DNA of 37,658 nucleotides from Octopus bimaculoides. Lineage: Eukaryota. The notes under the pieces were generated by a model. The model saw only the letters and a program-made list of their open reading frames with translations, was not told where the DNA came from and did not search any database. Shown piece after piece: positions 21,045-33,867 of the stretch. Numbering within the stretch: the stretch's first letter is position 1; every line of letters begins with the position of its first letter. The stretch is from assembly GCF_001194135.2 (NCBI RefSeq), contig NC_068989.1, positions 52,753,143 to 52,790,800 of the forward strand, in the 5' to 3' direction. A program made the position numbers and the translations under genes.

Positions 21045-21681
21045 GCAACAAAAATTCAATAGGTTATAGCTGTACGTACGTTTCCTACAAGCTCCATTTA
21101 TTCATGTAGTGAGAACACCACAGAATGTACAATGAAAATGTACTCCTCAGCTGCATAATGGAATTTCATTTTAGAAAGACATTTTGAAGATGTTTGCAAA
21201 AAACAAGAGTAAGAGAAGAAAACATATCATCTCGACTATGCTGCTGTTCAGCAGATTAGTGAATTAAGCAAGAATATGAAATCTAATTGGAGCGATAGTA
21301 GTAATTTCAAAAATAGAGGAAGGTAGATTTATTAGTGATGGACAGCAGGTTAGGGTTTTTTTCCCCTCATGCTTGATTTACCCCTAACCTGCTGTCCATC
21401 AATACTAAATCTACATTCCTCTATTTTTGAAATTACTACTATCCCTCCAATTAGATTTTATATTCTTGTTTGATTCACTAATCTGTTGAACAGCAGCATA
21501 GTCGAGATGATATGTTTTCTTCTCTTTTGCAAACATCTTCAAAATGTCTTTCTAAAATGAAATTCCATTATGCAGATGAGGAGTACATTTTCATTGTACA
21601 TTCTGTGGTGTTCTCACTACATGAATAAATGGAGCTTGTACGAAACGTACGTACTGGTATAACCTATTGACTTTTTCTTGC
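21045..21681. repeat. Long inverted repeat (foldback): ~300-bp arms at 21045-21355 and 21382-21681, 26-nt loop
   Basis: Manual alignment gives about 14 mismatches plus one 11-nt indel over ~300 bp (~95% identity). Confidence 0.95.
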
Positions 21682-21989
21682 TTAACTTCAAATTTTATTC
21701 ACCAAATCTCTTGATTTTGTTTTTAGTTTTCACCCTACCAAATTCTGGTGCCTCAAACATTTTAAGTACCACATTTAATCTTTTGATTAAATCTATATTA
21801 TTATATGTATAAATGTATATATATATATATAAATATATATATATAAATATATATACATTCATATGTATATACATAAAATATACTTACATAGGTACATCTA
21901 TTTGTATGCCAACACCTACAAATACATGTACACATGTTTATCCAACTATCTGTCTAAGTATATGTGCGTGCACGTAGGTGTATGTGTGA

Positions 21990-22028
21990 GTAAGTGAGTG
22001 AGTGTGTGTATGTGTGTGTGTGTGTGTG

Positions 22029-22059
<31 letters not shown>

Positions 22060-22085
22060 GTGTGTGTCTGTGTCTGTGTCTATGT
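21990..22085. repeat. (TG)n-rich microsatellite
   Basis: Read directly. Confidence 0.9.
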
Positions 22086-25000
22086 GATAAAATATTGAGA
22101 TTCCTCAGTTTCGTCCCAGTTCTCGAAATGAATATATATAAATATGTATTTATTCATCATTATTCATCCTCATCCATATGAATACTTTTATGCATACTAA
22201 GACACAGACATATAAATATGTGCATTGTATATGTGTATCTGTGTGTGTGCGTGTACGCATATATATCTATCCATATATATATATAAATATGTATATATAT
22301 GGGTGTATGTATATGTATGAATGTCTGTAAANNNNNNNNNNNNNNNNNNNNNNNNNNNNNNNNNNNNNNNNNNNNNNNNNNNNNNNNNNNNNNNNNNNNN
22401 NNNNNNNNNNNNNNNNNNNNNNNNNNNNNNNNNNNNNNNNNNNNNNNNNNNNNNNNNNNNNNNNNNNNNNNNNNNNNNNNNNNNNNNNNNNNNNNNNNNN
22501 NNNNNNNNNNNNNNNNNNNNNNNNNNNNNNNNNNNNNNNNNNNNNNNNNNNNNNNNNNNNNNNNNNNNNNNNNNNNNNNNNNNNNNNNNNNNNNNNNNNN
22601 NNNNNNNNNNNNNNNNNNNNNNNNNNNNNNNNNNNNNNNNNNNNNNNNNNNNNNNNNNNNNNNNNNNNNNNNNNNNNNNNNNNNNNNNNNNNNNNNNNNN
22701 NNNNNNNNNNNNNNNNNNNNNNNNNNNNNNNNNNNNNNNNNNNNNNNNNNNNNNNNNNNNNNNNNNNNNNNNNNNNNNNNNNNNNNNNNNNNNNNNNNNN
22801 NNNNNNNNNNNNNNNNNNNNNNNNNNNNNNNNNNNNNNNNNNNNNNNNNNNNNNNNNNNNNNNNNNNNNNNNNNNNNNNNNNNNNNNNNNNNNNNNNNNN
22901 NNNNNNNNNNNNNNNNNNNNNNNNNNNNNNNNNNNNNNNNNNNNNNNNNNNNNNNNNNNNNNNNNNNNNNNNNNNNNNNNNNNNNNNNNNNNNNNNNNNN
23001 NNNNNNNNNNNNNNNNNNNNNNNNNNNNNNNNNNNNNNNNNNNNNNNNNNNNNNNNNNNNNNNNNNNNNNNNNNNNNNNNNNNNNNNNNNNNNNNNNNNN
23101 NNNNNNNNNNNNNNNNNNNNNNNNNNNNNNNNNNNNNNNNNNNNNNNNNNNNNNNNNNNNNNNNNNNNNNNNNNNNNNNNNNNNNNNNNNNNNNNNNNNN
23201 NNNNNNNNNNNNNNNNNNNNNNNNNNNNNNNNNNNNNNNNAAATAGTTCTTAAATCCTCGGAATTTCCCAGGAAAACGTCGGAATTGAAAGTAAAATTTG
23301 GTTCACAAAATTTATATAAGTATTGTAAATTTTCAGTATTAGACAAACGTTAGAATTTATGTTCGTATGTAGGTCTGACTTAAGGAATTTCTCAGATTGT
23401 CTTCGTCAATTTTCTACATTTTATAAGTATCCATCATTTCAAAATTCACTCGAGCTGACTTTCTTTGAAGTATAACCTTTCAATACATATTTTTTCAAAT
23501 GCGTGCCCAAACTTTCATCATATTTTTGGAACATATGCCTTTCTGTTTTTTGCTTTTTGTTTTCTTTTTCGTTACAACTAAAACTTTTTTTTCTTTTTTC
23601 GAAACACTTGTAATTTGTATCCGAAAAAGCAATCATGCATAAATCGAAATTTCTTCACTGTTTTCGGGGTTTGTGGGGAATAATTTTGAATGAAGAGGCG
23701 AAAGTACGAAATTTGTTCTCTATAAACGCGTATCAGAAGTGTTTCAAAATGGGGAATGATATAACTTTTAGAATATGGTGTGCAACATACACAGAACAGC
23801 CAAATTTAGTTCACTGTTAGATGAGTCCAGTTTGCAAAGCAATAAATATTTGTTTCTTATTTACGGTTGCTTTGTCAAAAATTAACATTTTGTTCAACAG
23901 TTACGACAACTAGATATAGACACAAAAAATTATGATTATTTCGTTTTTGAGATAAGTTGTTATACTTGACTACAAGTATTTCTAATCGGCTAACTCAGCT
24001 TATGTTTATGAATCCGTGTATAAGTATGAGAATTTGTGTATTCATGTATTTATGTGTATATTCGTGTATATACGTACATATATGTATATATATTTATACA
24101 TACATACATATATATATATATATGTTTGTGTGTGTGTGTCTGTGTGTGTGTGTGTGTATGTGAGTAAAACTAAATACAAAAAGGGTTTTTTGTATGATCG
24201 TGTATAGAGGAATATATTAATTTATTAAAAGAGTTCCAACTCTGTCTGTTTTTTATGTTTTATTTATATTCTTGTAAAATTAATGTGGGATATAGAATAT
24301 GGAATATATAATATAGAATATAGAAATGGATGGTACAATGAAATGAAGTATTGAATGTCTTATTGAATATATGGAATATGTCTTATTGAATATATGAAAT
24401 ATTTAGTGTTCAATATAAGGATTAAATATATAAAGGCGAATACGTATTTTCAATACCTTTTTGGTATTTCATCATGGCCGCTATCTGACAGACTGTAACA
24501 GACTGTAATAGACTGGCTGGTTTTCTGTCTTTTATACCNNNNNNNNNNNNNNNNNNNNNNNNNNNNNNNNNNNNNNNNNNNNNNNNNNNNNNNNNNNNNN
24601 NNNNNNNNNNNNNNNNNNNNNNNNNNNNNNNNNNNNNNNNNNNNNNNNNNNNNNNNNNNNNNNNNNNNNNNNNNNNNNNNNNNNNNNNNNNNNNNNNNNN
24701 NNNNNNNNNNNNNNNNNNNNNNNNNNNNNNNNNNNNNNNNNNNNNNNNNNNNNNNNNNNNNNNNNNNNNNNNNNNNNNNNNNNNNNNNNNNNNNNNNNNN
24801 NNNNNNNNNNNNNNNNNNNNNNNNNNNNNNNNNNNNNNNNNNNNNNNNNNNNNNNNNNNNNNNNNNNNNNNNNNNNNNNNNNNNNNNNNNNNNNNNNNNN
24901 NNNNNNNNNNNNNNNNNNNNNNNNNNNNNNNNNNNNNNNNNNNNNNNNNNNNNNNNNNNNNNNNNNNNNNNNNNNNNNNNNNNNNNNNNNNNNNNNNNNN

Positions 25001-25554
25001 NNNNNNNNNNNNNNNNNNNNNNNNNNNNNNNNNNNNNNNNNNNNNNNNNNNNNNNNNNNNNNNNNNNNNNNNNNNNNNNNNNNNNNNNNNNNNNNNNNNN
25101 NNNNNNNNNNNNNNNNNNNNNNNNNNNNNNNNNNNNNNNNNNNNNNNNNNNNNNNNNNNNNNNNNNNNNNNNNNNNNNNNNNNNNNNNNNNNNNNNNNNN
25201 NNNNNNNNNNNNNNNNNNNNNNNNNNNNNNNNNNNNNNNNNNNNNNNNNNNNNNNNNNNNNNNNNNNNNNNNNNNNNNNNNNNNNNNNNNNNNNNNNNNN
25301 NNNNNNNNNNNNNNNNNNNNNNNNNNNNNNNNNNNNNNNNNNNNNNNNNNNNNNNNNNNNNNNNNNNNNNNNNNNNNNNNNNNNNNNNNNNNNNNNNNNN
25401 NNNNNNNNNNNNNNNNNNNNNNNNNNNNNNNNNNNNNNNNNNNNNNNNNNNNNNNNNNNNNNNNNNNNNNNNNNNNNNNNNNNNNNNNNNNNNNNNNNNN
25501 NNNNNNNNNNNNNNNNNNNNTATATATGGTTGCGGGTTGGACACAACTACGTGT

Positions 25555-25670
25555 CACCTTGAATAAGTGGCTTCTTCAGTATCCTAGACTCGATCAAATA
25601 CATGTGAATGAAAGTGGGCTAACGGAAACTGTACTGTAACCTGTCGGAATATTTGTGCCTATAAAATAAG
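25555..25670 (+). mobile_element. SINE-A 5' fragment, decayed
   Basis: cgtgtcaccttgaataagtggcttcttcagtatcctagactcgatcaaa...aacggaaactg. Confidence 0.45.
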
Positions 25671-25949
25671 CAACCAATTTTGCCGAGCTCTCCGTTGCTT
25701 TTATTATGGCATAGACTTTTGTTAATGTTCAGGTTACGCGTTTCTGTGTGATTCTCAGTCACTTAGAGTAACAAAAGGCATAGTTCTGTTAACCTTACAA
25801 CAAAGAATAGTGATAGCAGAAACTGAGAATTTATTTACATTTATATGTATGTGTACGTGTGTGGTTGTACTCTCTGCTTTCAACTAGAAATACAAAAACT
25901 TTTTGATTTTTTACTACAACGTCTCTGATTATCTTTTATCTTTTATTTT

Positions 25950-26175
25950 TTACTTGCTTGGCTGAGTCCGTATGACTCCGGCCATACTGGAACACCTCCT
26001 GGAAGTTGTTTTTTTGTTTTTAATCGAGCGAATTAACCTTAGTACTTATGCTTATTTTAAACCTTGTACTTATTCTATTGGTCCCTTTTGGCCAACTGCT
26101 AGATTGCGGGAACGTAACCACACCAACACCAATTGCTAAGCGCTGGTGGGGGACAAACACAGACACAAAACACAT

Positions 26176-26224
<49 letters not shown>

Positions 26225-26300
26225 TACACGCACTCATACATATATACATTTATGTGTGTGTACGAGCGCGCGTGGACGTACGTAGATATGTATGCATGTA
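25950..26300 (-). mobile_element. SINE-A 3' half with expanded (CA)n
   Basis: ccttgtacttattctattggtcccttttggccaactgctagattgcgggaacgtaaccacaccaacacc...ggtgggggacaaacacagacac(ac)n is the reverse complement of the SINE-A 3' half. Confidence 0.7.
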
Positions 26301-26882
26301 TGAGCGTGTGTTTAGGTTTGTTGCCTCTTTAAGAAGTTGTTGCGCCCACATATTCCAAGCAAATATCATACTAAATATGTTTATATCAGCGTAAGTGGTT
26401 GAGGAACATTCAAGGAATACATTTCCAACGGTAAACTTAGGCTTTCTGATTCTCCATACTTCACTTACAATAATCTATGTTTTTATTATTTTCTTATTTT
26501 TATACGCTTTTGAACACTGTCGGTTTAAAAGCGTTGCACATCCGAGACCTATTCACCAGAAAATGGTAAAAGAACCCAAATTTACTGAGACCACATATAA
26601 AGAACGTCAGGTGATGAAGATATTCAAATGGGAAAATTGAAAATGATGATGTATTCAAACATAACTTCCCTTGTACTTAACAAACTAACCAGTCATTATA
26701 ATAAATGAAAATAGAAATAATGAAGTTACTAAAATAGAAATAGTTTTGAGATAGGTAGCTGAAATGAAACCTATAAAGTCCAGATCAATTCCTAGGGATT
26801 GGCTATGAATTAATGATAACAAGATTGCATTAATGCGGTTTCCAATTCAGATGCAATTTATACTGTATGCCAAAAGCAATAG

Positions 26883-27016
26883 AGTAGTATTGTAAAGAAC
26901 TTTTATAATGTCTTGACCATTCGGACAAACCAGTGCAAATACAAATGCTGGAAGAATGGTGATAGCACAGTAAAGTTATATGATATGCATATGATGTATG
27001 TGATCGCTTGCCGTAG
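26883..27016 (+). CDS. Candidate exon 1 of an unknown gene (SSIVKNFYNVLTIRTNQCKYKCWKNGDSTVKLYDMHMMYVIACR)
   Basis: 44 open codons ending at a strong donor AG|GTAAGA, phase 2. The acceptor is weak and no homology is recognised. Confidence 0.2.
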
Positions 27017-27209
27017 GTAAGATAATTTACTATTGTTCATCTAAGACGATATCAATTATATTGACAATATATAATATCGCTACCAGGGTCAATTTTCAGA
27101 TATGTGCGGCTAGTGAAACTTTTACTTAACGTGTGTGATGCATCTAAATACATACTTACATAAGTACGCTGGAATGTACAACGTATGTATATATGTAAGC
27201 ATATATATT

Positions 27210-27240
<31 letters not shown>

Positions 27241-28098
27241 NNNNNNNNNNNNNNNNNNNNNNNNNNNNNNNNNNNNNNNNNNNNNNNNNNNNNNNNNNNN
27301 NNNNNNNNNNNNNNNNNNNNNNNNNNNNNNNNNNNNNNNNNNNNNNNNNNNNNNNNNNNNNNNNNNNNNNNNNNNNNNNNNNNNNNNNNNNNNNNNNNNN
27401 NNNNNNNNNNNNNNNNNNNNNNNNNNNNNNNNNNNNNNNATATATATGTATGTATGTATATATATATATAAACATATATATTTCTATCTGTCTAAACACA
27501 CATACGCATACATATAGACATGCGTGTGTGTTTGTCTGTGTGTAGAAGCATATATCTGTACTTGTAAATATACATCGATAGATTGAGTGTCTGTAAGTAT
27601 ATATTATGTTGATAGAGAGGTTGAGGCAGGGAGAGAGAGAATAAGATATGTAGAATAAGATATGTTCGAGAATCACAAAACTGTCTATAAACGTGGAATT
27701 TATATCTAAAATTAGACACTCGCACACGCGCACATGTATACATGTTGAATACATAAGTATATATAATACATATATTTATGTATGTGTACACATGTATTTA
27801 GAAATGCCAATACACTTACAAATACGTATCTGTGAAGTTTCGTAATGTGATTATCAATCCGTACATGCATAGCTTTATGCATAAATTTATAGACATAGAC
27901 CGTACACAATCATTCCACCTGATAGATATTAGTTCCAAATCTCACAAACCCAGATCTATTGTTTTGAGAAGTATTACTTTAAAAACGTAGTCCTAAATAT
28001 ACGAATAGATAGAATATCCAAAACTGAAACACTTTTGATTATATGTTTCCTCAATCACGGCTAACCCCCAACTAAACCATAAAAGATTTATATGTACG

Positions 28099-28161
<63 letters not shown>

Positions 28162-28924
28162 NNNNNNNNNNNNNNNNNNNNNNNNNNNNNNNNNNNNNNN
28201 NNNNNNNNNNNNNNNNNNNNNNNNNNNNNNNNNNNNNNNNNNNNNNNNNNNNNNNNNNNNNNNNNNNNNNNNNNNNNNNNNNNNNNNNNNNNNNNNNNNN
28301 NNNNNNNNNNNNNNNNNNNNNNNNNNNNNNNNNNNNNNNNNNNNNNNNNNNNNNNNNNNNNNNNNNNNNNNNNNNNNNNNNNNNNNNNNNNNNNNNNNNN
28401 NNNNNNNNNNNNNNNNNNNNNNNNNNNNNNNNNNNNNNNNNNNNNNNNNNNNNNNNNNNNNNNNNNNNNNNNNNNNNNNNNNNNNNNNNNNNNNNNNNNN
28501 NNNNNNNNNNNNNNNNNNNNNNNNNNNNNNNNNNNNNNNNNNNNNNNNNNNNNNNNNNNNNNNNNNNNNNNNNNNNNNNNNNNNNNNNNNNNNNNNNNNN
28601 NNNNNNNNNNNNNNNNNNNNNNNNNNNNNNNNNNNNNNNNNNNNNNNNNNNNNNNNNNNNNNNNNNNNNNNNNNNNNNNNNNNNNNNNNNNNNNNNNNNN
28701 NNNNNNNNNNNNNNNNNNNNNNNNNNNNNNNNNNNNNNNNNNNNNNNNNNNNNNNNNNNNNNNNNNNNNNNNNNNNNNNNNNNNNNNNNNNNNNNNNNNN
28801 NNNNNNNNNNNNNNNNNNNNNNNNNNNNNNNNNNNNNNNNNNNNNNNNNNNNNNNNNNNNNNNNNNNNNNNNNNNNNNNNNNNNNNNNNNNNNNNNNNNN
28901 NNNNNNNNNNNNNNNNNNNNNNNN

Positions 28925-29807
28925 CAGGGTGAGTGGAAAATAAATAGACATTAGAATTTCTTATAGAATTTTTAGTTTCACCTAAGATATGACGAAAACA
29001 TTTTTTAAACAGACAACACTAATGGGGATTTCTTATTTTCGTATTGGCTTATTTCTTATTTCTTATTTTCCAGATGACCGGTCGCTTGACTGTTTATGAA
29101 CGAGCTAAGCTAGCAGCATACTAAGAAGTGTGGAATTCCATCGTTTTGGTTCAGAGATGGTGGCGTGCATGGAGAGGTAAGCATGCAACACTACGTCCGA
29201 AGACAATAAAAAGTTGTCATGCAAGCTGATGACAAAGGGCTCTCTGAACTATGCTAAAGTGGCCGTCCAACCACATCCCGATCAGCAGAGAACGTGGCAA
29301 CAGTGCAGGAAATGATTAATCGCAGCCAGCAAAAATCAACACGTCAAGCAGGTCGTGAAAGTGGACTAACGAGATACACAATACCTATGATGTTGCATAA
29401 AGAATTGAATTTTCGTCCGTGGAATTACGTGCAACAGCTAAAACCTACACACTGTGACTGCAGAAGTCCAGAAGTCTAGAACTCCAAGAAGTCCAGATGT
29501 CACTCCCTGTGATGTTTACCATGTGGGGTTACACAAAAGAGGCGGTGGTACTAGACGAAACTCGCACAATGGAGGACTTGGAGACACGGATTCAGAAGGT
29601 TCTCAATGATATCCCAGACGACATCCTTCAGAAGGTTGTTCATTCCATCCCTGGCCGTTTGAAGAAAATGGTTGCCGCCACCATTGCTTACATTGAAATA
29701 TGAAGATTTACTTTGACTTTCCCATATAATAAAGAACATGTATCATTTGATTCAATAAATTTGTATAAGAAATATTTTTAATGCCTACTAACTTTTTACC
29801 CACCCTG
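28925..29807 (+). mobile_element. Internally deleted Tc1/mariner-superfamily element with both TIRs
   Basis: Left TIR cagggtgagtggaaaa; right TIR reverse complement cagggtgggtaaaaag, followed by TA. Translates to SGRPTTSRSAENVATVQEMINRSQQKSTRQA and PRSPDVTPCD-MWGYTKEAV...RIQKVLNDIPDDILQKV. Confidence 0.9.
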
Positions 29808-29860
29808 TATATATCGTCGTCATTTTTGTATGTGTGTATAAACGTAAGTTTATATAAATA

Positions 29861-30360
29861 TACTAGCGGGAGTACCCGGCGTTACTCGGGTATTAAATTC
29901 TCGGCAATGGTCTTAATAGGTCCTACCATTTGTTTCGTTATACATCTCTTTGAATATTTTTTGCGTTATGTTGCAAACATTGACATTGAGGAAGAAGTGA
30001 TTTTCCCATAGACCATACTAATAAAGAGTCTAGGCATTTGGGGATGTATGTATCATGCGTATGCTGAAAAAGTGTTAAAAGGGGGAGACACGTGCGGTGT
30101 CGTGGTTGAATGGTAGCATTTATTAGTTGAACAACCAGACGCTGGAGGACGTGCTCGAAGGTCAGGTAATGGTGGAGGAGGGAAATGTTTACAAATCGCA
30201 CGTCCTGCCATTACAGGCATTTTATCTTATTAGATTGGTGTTGAAAGGGTATTGTCTAATTATAGGGGGGATTGGTGTAAACGGCGCAAACTAAGTGCCA
30301 TTAGTCATTTTCGCACGCAAAGGTGTAAGTGAGAGTAGAAAGTTGAAGCTGCGGTAATTG
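29861..30360 (+). mobile_element. Possible non-autonomous Helitron/Helentron-like element (5' part)
   Basis: tactagc followed closely by hairpin TACCCG-gcgttact-CGGGTA, a layout typical of Lep1/HINE-like element ends. It runs into a large simple repeat. Confidence 0.4.
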
Positions 30361-30374
30361 AATACAAAGAGACA

Positions 30375-30384
30375 AAGAGAGAGA

Positions 30385-30423
<39 letters not shown>

Positions 30424-31595
30424 AGAGGGGAGAGAAGGAGAGAGAGAGAAGGAGAGAGAGAGAAGGAGAGAGAGAGAAGGAGAGAGAGAGAGAAGGAGAG
30501 AGAGAGAAGGAGAGAGAGAGAAGGAGAGAGAAAAGGAGAGAGAGAAGGAGAGAGAGAAGGAGAGAGACAGAAGGAGAGAGAGGGAAGGAGAGAGACAGAA
30601 GGAGAGAGACAGAAGGAGAGAGACAGACGGAGAAAGAGAGAAGGAGAGAGAGAGAAAGAGAGAGAGAGAAGGAGAGAGAGAGAAGGAGAGAGAGAGAGAA
30701 GGAGAGAGAGAAGGAGAGAGAGAGAAGGAGAGAGAGAGAAGGAGAGAGAGAAAAGGAGAGAGAGAAAAGAGGAGAGAGAGAAGGAGAGAGAGAGAAGGAG
30801 AGAGAGAGAAGGAGAGAGAGAGAAGGAGAGAGAGAGAAGGAGAGAGAGAGAAGGAGAGAGAGAGAAGGAGAGAGAGAGAAGGAGAGTGAGAGAGAGAAGG
30901 AGAGTGAGAGAGAGAAGGAGAGAGAGAGAAGGAGAGTGAGAGAGAGAAGGAGAGAGAGAAGGAGAGAGAGAGAAGGAGAGAGAGAAGGAGAGAGAGAGAA
31001 GGAGAGAGAGAAGGNNNNNNNNNNNNNNNNNNNNNNNNNNNNNNNNNNNNNNNNNNNNNNNNNNNNNNNNNNNNNNNNNNNNNNNNNNNNNNNNNNNNNN
31101 NNNNNNNNNNNNNNNNNNNNNNNNNNNNNNNNNNNNNNNNNNNNNNNNNNNNNNNNNNNNNNNNNNNNNNNNNNNNNNNNNNNNNNNNNNNNNNNNNNNN
31201 NNNNNNNNNNNNNNNNNNNNNNNNNNNNNNNNNNNNNNNNNNNNNNNNNNNNNNNNNNNNNNNNNNNNNNNNNNNNNNNNNNNNNNNNNNNNNNNNNNNN
31301 NNNNNNNNNNNNNNNNNNNNNNNNNNNNNNNNNNNNNNNNNNNNNNNNNNNNNNNNNNNNNNNNNNNNNNNNNNNNNNNNNNNNNNNNNNNNNNNNNNNN
31401 NNNNNNNNNNNNNNNNNNNTGAGAGAGAGAAGGAGAGAGAGAAGGAGAGAGAGAGAAGGAGAGAGAGAAGGAGAGAGAGAGAAGGAGGGAGAGAGAAGGA
31501 GAGAGAGAGAAGGAGAGAGAGAGAGAAGGAGAGAGAGGAAAGAAGAGAGAGGGAAGAAGAGAGAGGGAAGAAGAGAGAGGAAGAGGAAGAAAGAA
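30375..31595. repeat. Homopurine GA-rich minisatellite with 10/12-bp units (GGAGAGAGAA / GGAGAGAGAGAA), spanning a gap
   Basis: Read directly; source of the RE-rich and SL-rich ORFs. Confidence 0.95.
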
Positions 31596-31714
31596 AGTAG
31601 GTAGCCGCACAATATTAAAAACTACTACACGAAAACTGTACTTTTGGTATACATCCTCACACTGTGTGAAATGAAGAGAAACTCTAAAGAAGGACATATT
31701 TAAGTAATCATCAG

Positions 31715-31779
31715 AAAAGACGCATTTTCACCTTGGATGTATGATAATGATTACACAACACCTCATCAACGTACTACAG
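31715..31779 (+). CDS. Candidate exon 2 (KDAFSPWMYDNDYTTPHQRTT)
   Basis: cag|...acag|gtgaaa, phase 2 to phase 1. Followed by a 70-nt GT-AG interval with a TTGAC branch-like motif. Confidence 0.25.
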
Positions 31780-31849
31780 GTGAAAAAGATATCGAAGCAA
31801 TTGTATTGACTTTTAAATAAAGAATGTCTTTCATTCCATTTTCTATCAG

Positions 31850-31937
31850 TTATCTTTTTCAAGAACCTCTACGGATACTATAACATTCTTGGTGCATATC
31901 CGGTAACAGGAGCCTTTCCAATATATGATGACATCAG
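31850..31937 (+). CDS. Candidate exon 3 (VIFFKNLYGYYNILGAYPVTGAFPIYDDI)
   Basis: Good acceptor ttccattttctatcag, donor ag|gtagac, open frame, phase 1 to phase 2. Confidence 0.3.
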
Positions 31938-33867
31938 GTAGACAGTAACTTTGGTTGAGCTTTGCATAGTATTCTGCAAGGTTTATATCTAATCTTATTT
32001 AACCATGCGTGTGTGTATGTGTGTGTGTATACGTGCGTGTATGTGCGTGCGTGCGTATGCATGCGTACGTGTGTGTATGTGTGTGTGTGTGTGTGTGATG
32101 GGAAGCTGTATGCACTTATGTTGTATAATGTCCAAGATATAGTTTATTCGGAAGTAGTTTGAAACCTCGATTCAAACCATCTTCATTGAAACAAAAGTGT
32201 GACACACAACCTCATTATCGTCTGTTACAAAATAGTTGGCCTCTTTCAGCCTAAAAGAAAAAAATCAATCATACTTATCAATACGAAATATTTTCTAATT
32301 CATAAACAAATCAAAATATAATTTAGTGGGCTCGGAAATGATTTATAATGTTTATTTTTATGATTAATATTATTACATTGTATAAAATGTGATTAATAAA
32401 ACGCGCTTTAGCGTGAGGAAAATTATTAGATGTTCGGAAGGAAACTTATCTATTTTGCTTCTTTTCAGAGTTGTCATATAGAAGACAAGAGCGTCTTCGC
32501 CATATATATTCTATATATAGTAGACTTGTTGGCTACAATTTTATATTTCTTCTCATTTGAGTGATAACAATGCCGTGTCTCGCAAGCATTATACTAGCTG
32601 GCGAAAATTTCATCGTAAACTTTCACAGATTACAAATAATTCATTTTCTCATACATTCCCTCTTTCTCATTGTGTTCTTTTCCTGATTTTCGTTACCATT
32701 TTGTATATATTTATATCTATATCTTAGTAGACAGAAAGTCACACACACACACACACACACACACAGACATGTGCACACGCACACTTACACAAAGTGCACG
32801 GACATTTATGTATTCATTACTTCTTTCATTGTTTTATTAGTTTCAGTCATTGAACTATGGTCATGATGGGACATACCTTCAAGGATTTTAAATCACGTGC
32901 ATTGTACAATTCAATTATAGTGATTATTGTGACTGAGGAGGAGAAGCATTGGTAGAATCAGCCTTCTTTTTTTTATGTTTAGTCTACGTGTTCAGTATTG
33001 GAATGAACATGAACTAAAGAGAATTTGTTGGTTGTATGATGTATATCTTCTAACTATATTAGTGAGTGATTTTTACTATTACATGGGCCATTTCAGTAAT
33101 ATATTATGTATTTTACTGTTATTTCGTGGCAGAATAATTCAATTTTTCAAAATATATCTATATTCTATAAATATAAATCAAGTGAATATCTTCCAAACTT
33201 ATTATCTATATTGTTTCTCGAAGAAAGGTCTCACTTCGTAAAATGCTTAATTTATTTTGATCTATTTAAATCAAGTTATTTCATGCTGAAAATGTTTAAC
33301 AAGAATGAAATGGTGCTAGGCCAAAGACTAGAAATGCTGAGACCTTCATAATGATTAAGTAATGTGTATTCCTTACATTTTCTTCTAATTTCTAATCCCG
33401 TCAAGTGTTATCAGGTGCTGATTATCCTCCTTGCACCAAATGGTACCAGGCTACACTACTTTTAAATCAATACCTTGCCTGTTTATTTTCTCTTTTAATT
33501 CTTCGATTGGTTTGCAAAGAACTGTGAACTTCAATCAGAAGTACTCTGAGATGGACTCTTCTTTACACATTTTCCGTACTTTATGTTCTTTTTCCTCCTG
33601 TCCTTTTTTAAATTGTTCCTTCCCTTTCCATTTTATCAAGCACCTTACCATGTCTATTCGGTTTCTACCTCATATTCATTATCGCAAGATGATGTAGAAA
33701 GCGTTGTTGGTTAACGCTGGGAGAGTAGTCTCTTGATCTCTTGGTCGGATCTTGGATATTAGAACAAAATGATCACCGATGTTTCCAGAAAAACAATTAG
33801 CATTAGCCTAAAAGCAGAAACTTCTACGGACTTTTCTTACTGTTTGTTTTCTTTCAGTTGTTTTCAG

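Noticed and set aside
24290-24520. Short tandem duplications (~21 bp gtcttattgaatatatg x2; gactgtaa x3)
   Set aside because: Ordinary slippage products with no further structure.
22267-25557. Long 300-370 aa ORFs, and others at 6052-6772, 16014-16715, 20637-21109 and 28088-28954
   Set aside because: Almost entirely X from N gaps.
26395-26640. EPKFTETTYK looked like a cadherin PxF...Y motif
   Set aside because: No DxND, LDRE or DxG motifs; a short chance match.
30375-31595. Regularly spaced repeats as a possible CRISPR array
   Set aside because: No unique spacers, low complexity, eukaryotic context.
30291-31697. RE-rich and SL-rich ORFs resembling splicing-factor or coiled-coil proteins
   Set aside because: Direct product of the GA minisatellite; no unique coding flanks.
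33431-33697. 88-aa + ORF with a faint antisense Tc1-like signal (IEELKEKI)
   Set aside because: Only a few scattered residues match; neither a gene nor a TE can be supported.
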